From contig CAWFFN010000012.1 in NCBI GenBank assembly GCA_963815115.1, forward strand, positions 576,001 through 640,000: a stretch of 64,000 nt of DNA. The letters are read 5' to 3'. Under the pieces are notes generated by a model. The model saw nothing but the letters and a program-made list of their open reading frames with translations, ran no database searches and was not told the origin of the DNA. Below are positions 30,320-38,133 of this stretch, one piece after another. The translations under genes were made by a program, and so were the position numbers. The stretch is from an uncultured delta proteobacterium. Lineage in GTDB: Bacteria; Desulfobacterota; Binatia; DP-6. Within the stretch, counting starts at the first letter, position 1. Every line of letters begins with the position of its first letter.

Positions 30320-32470
30320 CTACGGCACGGCGAAGAACTGCGCGTTCCCGGGCAGGCTGAGCGAGCCCGGGCCCGGCAGATCGGCGAGCCCGTCGAGGGC
30401 CAGGCTGCCGGTCTGCGGGATGCAGAAGTTGCTCACGAGCACGCCGGCGTGCGGCGCGCCGTCGGAGAGATCACCCGCCGGCGATCCGTTCTGCGTGATC
30501 GCCTGCGTCGCCGCCTGCCCGAAGGCGCCCGCGTGCGGCTGCGCCGGGCAGAAGAGCCCGTCGGCCGCCGTGGTCGTCACCGGGGCCGAGGTCAGCGGGT
30601 TGAGGCTGATGGGCAGCGTGGCCACGAAGGTCCCAGGATCCGGTAGACAATCGACCGACGTCTGCGTGCTGTTGCCGGTCGTGCAGGGCTGGCCGGCGCT
30701 GGGGCCGGAGTTGCAGAACCCGCCGTCGCAGATCGGGCAGATGGTGGGCTTGCCGAGCGTCAGGTAGACGAACGACGCCAGCTCGATGTCGACCGTCGAC
30801 TCGCCCGTGGCGACGTTGAGCGTCCCGCTGGCATCCTGCGCGAAGGCGTTCACCACGCAGCTCGGCGGGAAGCCGTTCACCAGGACCGGCGGGCCGAAGT
30901 AGCAGGTCGGATCGGTCTGGCAGCCGCCCGGCGCGAAGCATGCCGAGTCGTCGGTGCACTCGACCGCCGGGTTGTTGACGCAGTGCTTGACGGAGCCCTG
31001 CGGCCCCACCGAGCAGTCCGTCCGGCTCGTCCCCAGGCTGCCGGACAACGTCGTGCCGTCGGGGCTGTCGAGGACCGTGGTGGCGTTCTCCGGAATGATC
31101 GACGGGTTCACCGTCGCCGCGCCGCCACCGATGTAGAGGCAGCCCGCTCCGAGGTCGACGAGCTTCGTGCCGACGAGGTCGGAGTCGAGCTCACCCGAGA
31201 AGGGCGGATCGGCCGGCGTGCCGAACCCGTTCGCGCCGCAGTTGGCCGTGCCTGCGCTCGTCGTGAACGACAGGTGCTGGCCGAGCGGCGGCGGGGCGGT
31301 CGTCGTCGTCGTGCTCGTCGTGGTGGTCGTGGTGCTGGTGGTGGGCACGCTCTGCTGGCGATTCAAGTCGATCGAGAACTGGTCGATGAGCTGCTCGAGC
31401 GGCGCGAGCTGCGTCGGCGTGCCGCACGCCTTCAAGGACGAGTTGAACGACGCGCCGGCCTTCGTCACACACGCCGGGTCCGTCGCGGTGCCGCTCTTGG
31501 CGCCCGACGAGAAGCACTTGGCGACGGCCTGGAGCTTCTTGCCGATCGACGTGAGCTTCTTGCCGAAGCAGACGTCCGGTCCCGGCGACCCGCCGGTCAC
31601 GATCTGGATCGCCTGCCCGATGACGGCGTTGACCGACGCCCCGGTGGCGTCGGCGTCCGGGCTCACCAGGCAGTCGCCCTTCTTCTGCGCATTGGTGAAG
31701 CCCTTGGTCAGGGTGTCGGTCGCCTTCTGGAGACAGGCGTCGTCCACCGGCAGGCCCTTCTGGAGGGCCTTGGCGTAGCAGCTCGCGACCGCCTTCGCCT
31801 GCTTCCCGGCGGCGTCGTCGAGGCCCTGGGCGCACTTGCTCGCCGGCTGGGCCACCGACACGAAGGCGACGTTGTCCATGCTGAAGATCTCGACCCCGAA
31901 GAAGAGCGTGCCTGGCAACCCGCAGCTGTGGCTGCTGGTGATGACCACCTGCTCCGCGCCCGGCGCCGGGAAGGTGAGCGCGATGGTCTCGCCCGCCTCC
32001 GTGGCGGTCAGCGTCTGCGAGTCCAGGAGGGTGCCGTCATGGTCGAAGCCCTGGGCCGTCACGATGCTGGCCCCCGCGCAGTCCGCGCCGAGCGTTCCGG
32101 TGTCGAACTGGAAGGACTGGATCGGCGGATAGAAGGTGAGGAACTCGGGCGTCTGGGCGAGTCCGCCGGTCACCACGGGGAACGCGCTGACGAAGTAGAT
32201 CACGTTCGGCAGGGAGATGTACGGGACCGAGGCGGGGTCGAACCCCGGGTTGAACAGGCCGCCTGCGTTCTGGCCGAACCCGGCGAACTGGACCCCCCGA
32301 TTGACGTACTCGTTGGTGACGATGGGGAAGGGAATCTGCTGCCCCGGTCCGAGAGGGATGTCGTCGAAGTTGACGAGCGTCGCGGTCACTGGCGGAGGGG
32401 TGAGCTGCGCCCCCGCACTGCCGACGAGCACCGTGAGTAGCAGGGCGCTCGCGATCCGTGAGGTTCTCAT
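30320..32470 (-). CDS. Secreted Cys-rich surface protein, paralog copy 2 (716 aa)
   Basis: Start MRTSRIASA by homology to copy 1; exact 2679-bp offset. Confidence 0.9.
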   Translation of the reverse strand: MRTSRIASALLLTVLVGSAGAQLTPPPVTATLVNFDDIPLGPGQQIPFPIVTNEYVNRGVQFAGFGQNAGGLFNPGFDPASVPYISLPNVIYFVSAFPVVTGGLAQTPEFLTFYPPIQSFQFDTGTLGADCAGASIVTAQGFDHDGTLLDSQTLTATEAGETIALTFPAPGAEQVVITSSHSCGLPGTLFFGVEIFSMDNVAFVSVAQPASKCAQGLDDAAGKQAKAVASCYAKALQKGLPVDDACLQKATDTLTKGFTNAQKKGDCLVSPDADATGASVNAVIGQAIQIVTGGSPGPDVCFGKKLTSIGKKLQAVAKCFSSGAKSGTATDPACVTKAGASFNSSLKACGTPTQLAPLEQLIDQFSIDLNRQQSVPTTSTTTTTTSTTTTTAPPPLGQHLSFTTSAGTANCGANGFGTPADPPFSGELDSDLVGTKLVDLGAGCLYIGGGAATVNPSIIPENATTVLDSPDGTTLSGSLGTSRTDCSVGPQGSVKHCVNNPAVECTDDSACFAPGGCQTDPTCYFGPPVLVNGFPPSCVVNAFAQDASGTLNVATGESTVDIELASFVYLTLGKPTICPICDGGFCNSGPSAGQPCTTGNSTQTSVDCLPDPGTFVATLPISLNPLTSAPVTTTAADGLFCPAQPHAGAFGQAATQAITQNGSPAGDLSDGAPHAGVLVSNFCIPQTGSLALDGLADLPGPGSLSLPGNAQFFAVP

Positions 32471-32836
32471 ACGAAGCCCCCAGTTTGATGACGTTGTGCA
32501 GCGTTGGACGGACGATTTCGTCACCGGTGCATCAGCGCCGGGACGATGCCCCGGGCCTCGGGTCAGGCAGCTCCCATGGGGTCACCCTCCTGAAGGCGCC
32601 TGGGACCTGGACGGATCCGCTGCGTTTTCCGGAGGGCTCAGCATGCGCCGCGGGGCACCTTCGTCACGCGAGACGGCGGGCTGGCTGCGCTGGGACGAAG
32701 TGACAGCTTCGCCCAGTCTCCGGCTGCTTCCGGGTGAGGTCGACGGCTCGGCGATGTCCCGGATGCATCGGCACGCGGGCCGTAGACATCCGGCGTGGCC
32801 TCGGCGGAGCAGGTGAGTACTGACACGTCAGTTTCG
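32471..32836 (-). ncRNA. Putative structured 5' leader RNA, copy 2
   Basis: Homologous to the copy 1 leader. Confidence 0.6.
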
Positions 32837-32870
32837 GTGGCCGGTACCCCTCCTCCGAGACGGATGTCAA
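32819..32870 (-). promoter_or_regulatory. Putative promoter and palindrome, copy 2
   Basis: TTGACA at 32870-32865; ACTGACGTGTCAGT at 32832-32819. Confidence 0.55.
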
Positions 32871-32887
32871 GCATCTTCGGACGACGG

Positions 32888-32924
32888 ACCCCGGCGCCGG
32901 CCGCGAGGGCCGGCGCCGGGAGGT
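32888..32924. terminator. GC-rich hairpin 3' of copy 3
   Basis: CCCGGCGCCGGCC-gcgag-GGCCGGCGCCGGG; same stem, different loop. Confidence 0.6.
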
Positions 32925-32949
32925 CGATCGCCAGGACCGCAGCGTGTGG

Positions 32950-35079
32950 CTACGGCACGGCGAAGAACTGCGCGTTGCCGGGCAGGCTGAGCGAGCCCGG
33001 TCCCGGCAGATCGGCCAGCCCGTCGAGTGCCAGGCTGCCGGTCTGCGGGATGCAGAAGTTGCTCACGAGCACGCCGGCGTGCGGCGCGCCGTCGGTCAGA
33101 TCACCCGCCGGCGATCCGTTCTGCGTGATCGCCTGCGCCCCCGCCTGTCCGAAGGCCCCCGCATGCCCCTGCGACGGGCAGAACAGCCCGTCCGCTGCCG
33201 GGGTCGTCACCGGGGACGAGGTCAGCGGATTGAGGCTGATCGGGAGGGTGGCTACGAAGATTCCCGCGGTCGGCAGACAGTCGAGGCTCGTCTGCGTGCT
33301 GTTGTTGGTGGTGCAGGGCTGCCCGGCGTTGGCGCCCCAGTTGCAGGCACCGCCGTCGCAGATCGGGCAGACCGTCGGCTGGCCGAGGGTCAGGTAGACG
33401 AACGACGCCAGCTCGATGTCGACCGTCGACTCGCCCGTGGCCAGGTTGAGGGTTCCGCTCGCATCCTGCGCGAAGGCGTTCACCACGCAGCTCGAGGGGA
33501 AGCCGTTCACGAGGACCGGCGGCCCGAAGTAGCAGGTCGGGTCGGTCTGGCAGCCGCCCGGCGCGAAGCATGCCGAGTCGTCGGTGCACTCGACCGGCGG
33601 GTTGTTGACGCAGTGCTTGGTGGTGCCCTGCGGCCCGACGGAGCAGTCCGCCCGGCTCGTCCCCAGGCTGCCGGACAGCGTCGTGCCGTCGGGGCTGTCG
33701 AGGACCGTGGTGGCGTTCTCCGGAATGACCGACGGGTTCACCGTCGCCGCGCCGCCGCCGATGTAGAGGCAGCCCGCCCCGAGGTCGGCGAGCTTGGTGC
33801 CGACGGTGTCGGAGTCGAGCTCACCCGAGAACGGCGGATCGGGCGGGATGACACAGTTCGCCGTCCCCGCGCTCGTCGTGAACGACAGGTGCTGGCCGAG
33901 CGGCGGCGGGGCGGTCGTCGTCGTGGTGCTCGTCGTGGTGGTCGTGGTGGTGGTGGTGGGCACGCTCTGCTGGCGATTCAGGTCGATCGAGAACTGATCG
34001 ATGAGCTGCTCGATCGGGGCGAGCTGCGTCGGCGTGCCGCACGCCTTGAGAGACGAGTTGAACGACGCGCCGGCCTTCGTCACACACGCCGGGTCCGTCG
34101 CGACGCCGCTCTTCGCGGCGGACGAGAAGCACTTGGCCACGGCCTGCAGCTTCTTGCCGATGGACGTGAGCTTCTTGCCGAAGCAGACGTCCGGCCCCGG
34201 CGACCCGCCGGTCACCATCTGGATCGCCTGCCCGATGACGGCGTTGACCGCCGCCCCGGTGGCGTCGCTGTCCGGGCTGACCAGGCAGTCACCCTTCTTC
34301 TGCGCATTGGTGAAGCCCTTGGTGAGACCGTCGGTCGCCTTCTGGAGACAGGCGTCGTCCACGGGGAGCCCCTTCTGGAGCGCCTTGGCGTAGCAGCTGG
34401 CCACCGCCTTCGCCTGCTTCCCGGCGGCGTCGTCGAGGCCCTGCGCGCACTTGCTCGCCTGTTGGTCGACCGGAATGAACGCGACGTTGTCCATGCTGAA
34501 GATCTCGACGCCGAAGAAGAGCTCGCCCGGCAGTCCGCAGCTGTGGCTGCTGGTGACGACCACCCGCTCCGCGCCCGGTGGCGGCAGGGTCAGGGCGAGG
34601 GTCTCGCCCTCCACGGTGGCGGTCAGCGTCGTCGAGCCCAGGAGGGTGCCGTCATGGGCGAAGCCCTGGATGGTCACGACGCTGGCGCCCTCGCAGTCCT
34701 GCCCGAACGTGCCGGTGTCGAACTGGAAGTACTGGATCGGCGGATAGAAGGTGAGGAACTCGGGCGATTGCGCGAGGCCGCCGGTGATCACCGGAAACGC
34801 GCTCAGGAAGTAGATGTTGTTCGGCGGGGAGATGTACGGCGCCTCCCCGGGGCCGAACGATGGGTTGTAGAGCCCGCCGCTGTTCTGACCGAACCCGGCG
34901 AACTGGACGCCCCGGTTCACATACTCGTTGGTCACGACGTTGAAGGGGATCTGTCCATTCGGGTTGAGATCGTCGAAGTTGACGAGGGTCGCGGTCACCG
35001 GCGGAGAGATGAGCTGCGCCCCCGCACTGCCGGCGAGCACCGTGAGCAGCAGAGCGTTCGCGATCCGTGAGATTCTCAT
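32950..35079 (-). CDS. Secreted Cys-rich surface protein, paralog copy 3 (709 aa)
   Basis: Same architecture; AGGAG RBS. Confidence 0.9.
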   Translation of the reverse strand: MRISRIANALLLTVLAGSAGAQLISPPVTATLVNFDDLNPNGQIPFNVVTNEYVNRGVQFAGFGQNSGGLYNPSFGPGEAPYISPPNNIYFLSAFPVITGGLAQSPEFLTFYPPIQYFQFDTGTFGQDCEGASVVTIQGFAHDGTLLGSTTLTATVEGETLALTLPPPGAERVVVTSSHSCGLPGELFFGVEIFSMDNVAFIPVDQQASKCAQGLDDAAGKQAKAVASCYAKALQKGLPVDDACLQKATDGLTKGFTNAQKKGDCLVSPDSDATGAAVNAVIGQAIQMVTGGSPGPDVCFGKKLTSIGKKLQAVAKCFSSAAKSGVATDPACVTKAGASFNSSLKACGTPTQLAPIEQLIDQFSIDLNRQQSVPTTTTTTTTTSTTTTTAPPPLGQHLSFTTSAGTANCVIPPDPPFSGELDSDTVGTKLADLGAGCLYIGGGAATVNPSVIPENATTVLDSPDGTTLSGSLGTSRADCSVGPQGTTKHCVNNPPVECTDDSACFAPGGCQTDPTCYFGPPVLVNGFPSSCVVNAFAQDASGTLNLATGESTVDIELASFVYLTLGQPTVCPICDGGACNWGANAGQPCTTNNSTQTSLDCLPTAGIFVATLPISLNPLTSSPVTTPAADGLFCPSQGHAGAFGQAGAQAITQNGSPAGDLTDGAPHAGVLVSNFCIPQTGSLALDGLADLPGPGSLSLPGNAQFFAVP

Positions 35080-35354
35080 GTGAGAGCTCCTGGTTGCATG
35101 ACGTTGTGCAGCGTTTGACGAACGACTTCGTCACCGGCGCGGAGCGCCGGGCCGATTCTCCGGGCCTCGCCTCAGGCAGCTCCCATGGGGTCACCCTCCT
35201 GAAGGCGCCTGACCTGGACGGAGTCGCTGCGTTTTCCGGAGGGCTCAGCATGCGCCGCGGGCACCTTCGTCACGCGAGACGGCGGGCTGGCTGCGCTGGG
35301 ACGAAGTGACAGCTTCGCCCAGTCTCCGGTGAGTACTGCCACGTCAGTCTTCCC
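35080..35354 (-). ncRNA. Putative structured 5' leader RNA, copy 3 (lacks one ~90-nt domain)
   Basis: Homologous to copies 1 and 2. Confidence 0.6.
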
Positions 35355-35389
35355 GGTGGCGGGTACTCCTCTCGGTAGACAGGTGTCAA
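35335..35389 (-). promoter_or_regulatory. Putative promoter and palindrome, copy 3
   Basis: TTGACA at 35389-35384; ACTGACGTGGCAGT at 35348-35335. Confidence 0.5.
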
Positions 35390-35500
35390 GAACCTTGATG
35401 CGGACTCGGTGGTTATCCGTGTGCGACGCTTCCGGTGGTCGCCCAGCGATCGGCACGGACGCCGCTTCTGGCCACAGGCCCCGCGTGCTAGACGGCCCGG

Positions 35501-37798
35501 ATGTCGAAGCCGCTCGTGTATCGCGACGGGGAGCCTTTTCCCGGCCGCGCCGCCGCATCCTTGAACGAGTCCCTCCCGGCCTGGCCGGTGCCCGCGCGGG
35601 CTCCCGCGGGCGCTCCCAACGTCGTCCTGATCGTGCTCGACGACGTCGGCTTCGCCCAGCTCGGCTGCTTCGGCTCGGACATCGACACGCCACGTTTCGA
35701 TGGGCTCGCGGCGGACGGCCTGCGCTACCGCAACTTCCACACCACGGCGATGTGCTCGCCGACCCGCGCCTGTCTTCTCACGGGACGCAATCACCACACC
35801 TGTGCCATGGGCGGGATCACCGACCTCTGCATGGGGTTCCCCGGCTACAACGGGCGCATCCCGAAGTCGTGCGGGTTCGTCTCCGAGGTGCTCCGCCAGG
35901 CAGGGTGGGCGACGTTCGCCGTCGGCAAGTGGCATCTCGCTCCCTCCGACGAGCAGCATGCCGCCGCGCCGCGTGATCGCTGGCCGCTCGGGCAGGGCTT
36001 CGAGCGCTACTACGGGTTCATGGGCGGCGAGACCAACCAGTTCGCGCCCGACCTGGTGTGCGACAACTCGCCGGCACGGTTCACGCCGCGCGACGGCTAC
36101 CATCTCACCGAGGACCTCGTCGATCATGCGATCCAGCGCGTGACCGACGTTCGCACGGCCGATCCCGACAAGCCGTTCTTCCTCTACCTGGCGCTCGGTG
36201 CGTGCCATGCGCCGCATCAGGCGCCGCCCGAGTGGATCGAGCGGCACCGTGGGCGCTTCGACGGGGGCTGGGATGTGTGGCGCGAGCGCACGCTGGCGCG
36301 CCAGATCGCCGCCGGCATCGTTCCGCCCGGCACCACGCTGTCGGCCCGTCCGTCGTGGGTACAGGAGTGGGCCGCGCTGCCGGCGGACGAGCGGCGCGCC
36401 TACTCGCGCATGATGGAGGTCTACGCTGGCTTCCTGTCGCACACCGACCATCACGTCGGCCGCCTGCTCGATTTCCTCGCCACGAGCGGCGAGCTCGACC
36501 GCACGCTCGTCCTCGCGCTCAGCGACAACGGGGCGAGCGCGGAGGGCGGCGCCCAGGGCACGTTCAACGAGAACTTCATCTTCAACGGCCTGCCGCACGA
36601 CGTCGAGGCGACCCGTGCCATGCTCGACAAGCTGGGCAGCGCACAGACCTACGGACACTACCCGTGGGGATGGGCGCTGGCCGGGAACACGCCGTTCCGT
36701 CGCTGGAAGCGCGAGACGCACGAGGGCGGCATCGGCGATCCGCTGATCGTGCGCTGGCCGGCGATCGCCGACCGCGGCGCGGTACGCGCGCAGTACGTCC
36801 ACGCCATCGACGTGGCGGCGACCGTTCTCGACGTCACGGGCACCGAGATGCCGGCGTTGCTGAACGGCGTGCCGCAGGAGCCGCTGGCCGGCGCCAGCTT
36901 CGCCCGCTCGCTCACAGACGCGGCCGCACCGGAGCACCGCGAGACGCAGTACTACGAGCAGTTCGCCTGCCGCGCCATCTACCATCGTGGCTGGAAGGCC
37001 GTGACGTACCACGCGATGATGGATGGACTGTACACCGACGAGGACGATCCCGATCGGCCCTTCGACCAGGACCGCTGGGAGCTCTACCACGTCGCCGAGG
37101 ATCCCTCCGAGTCGCACGACCTCGTGGCGGCGGAGCCGGAGAAGCTGCGCGCGCTGCAGGAGCTGTGGTGGAGCGAGGCGGGGCGCTACGGGGTGCTGCC
37201 GCTCCAGTCGCGACGCATGTTCGCCGTCGGGCGGCCGCATGCGGTGCGGCCGCGCGAGCGGGTCGTGCTGCGATCGGGCGCCGCGCCTCTGCCCGAGGAT
37301 CTGGCGCCGAACGTCAAGATGCGGCCGCACCGGATCATCGCCGACGTCGAGATCGCCAGCGGCAGCGAGGGCGTCCTCGTGGCCCAGGGCGGTCGCTTCG
37401 GGGGCTTCAGCCTGTACCTGCACGGCGGGCGCCTGCACTACACCACCAACTTCGCCGGCATCGAGCGCACCACCGTTTCGAGCCCGCAGCCGCTCGCTCC
37501 CGGGCGTCACCTTCTGGGTGTCGCGCTCGAGCCCGCCGGCGGCATGGGCATGCGTGCCGAGCTGGTCGTCGGGGACCGGGTGGTCGCCGTGGCCGAGGCG
37601 GCGCGCACGGCGCCGTTCCGCTTCGCCCTCGCCGGCGAGGGTCTCTGCTGCGGCTACGACGACGGCACGCCCGTGGCGGACGTCTACGAGTCGCCCTTCG
37701 CGTTCACCGGAACGATCCACGAGGCGGTGATCGACGTCTCCGGCATGCCGGTGGTCGATCTGGTGGCGGAGCTGCGGCGCGCGTGGATGACCCAGTGA
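35501..37798 (+). CDS. Arylsulfatase (formylglycine-dependent)
   Basis: LDDVG, CSPTR..LLTGR, GKWHL, SDNG, HEGG. Confidence 0.95.
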   Translation: MSKPLVYRDGEPFPGRAAASLNESLPAWPVPARAPAGAPNVVLIVLDDVGFAQLGCFGSDIDTPRFDGLAADGLRYRNFHTTAMCSPTRACLLTGRNHHTCAMGGITDLCMGFPGYNGRIPKSCGFVSEVLRQAGWATFAVGKWHLAPSDEQHAAAPRDRWPLGQGFERYYGFMGGETNQFAPDLVCDNSPARFTPRDGYHLTEDLVDHAIQRVTDVRTADPDKPFFLYLALGACHAPHQAPPEWIERHRGRFDGGWDVWRERTLARQIAAGIVPPGTTLSARPSWVQEWAALPADERRAYSRMMEVYAGFLSHTDHHVGRLLDFLATSGELDRTLVLALSDNGASAEGGAQGTFNENFIFNGLPHDVEATRAMLDKLGSAQTYGHYPWGWALAGNTPFRRWKRETHEGGIGDPLIVRWPAIADRGAVRAQYVHAIDVAATVLDVTGTEMPALLNGVPQEPLAGASFARSLTDAAAPEHRETQYYEQFACRAIYHRGWKAVTYHAMMDGLYTDEDDPDRPFDQDRWELYHVAEDPSESHDLVAAEPEKLRALQELWWSEAGRYGVLPLQSRRMFAVGRPHAVRPRERVVLRSGAAPLPEDLAPNVKMRPHRIIADVEIASGSEGVLVAQGGRFGGFSLYLHGGRLHYTTNFAGIERTTVSSPQPLAPGRHLLGVALEPAGGMGMRAELVVGDRVVAVAEAARTAPFRFALAGEGLCCGYDDGTPVADVYESPFAFTGTIHEAVIDVSGMPVVDLVAELRRAWMTQ

Positions 37799-38133
37799 TC
37801 GGCGCGATCGCGCTGCTCGCCGGCGATGCAGCGGTGCTCGGTCTTCATGCAATCGAGGGCTACGTTCGTTGAACAATGTACAGTGAGCGCAGAAACGATC
37901 GCGGGCGTCGACGCTCGCGACCCGTGCAGCGGCCACGTGCACGACGGCCTGGCGGGCGGGATTGCTGAATGTTCTCGATGGCCGCACGAAGGGCGCATTC
38001 GACGGGGTAATCCCACTGTCATCATCCAGTAGACGCCGGCTGCCATGGCCCATTTCTTGCGGAAGGTACGGGTCCGCGCCGTTCGCGGTGCGTGTCTTCA
38101 CACCGAAAACCAAACAGATCGGCCCCCGTCTTC

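Noticed and set aside
27641-35079. Diversity-generating retroelement or CRISPR explanation for the repeats
   Set aside because: No reverse transcriptase or cas genes, differences are not adenine-specific, and there is no repeat-spacer periodicity
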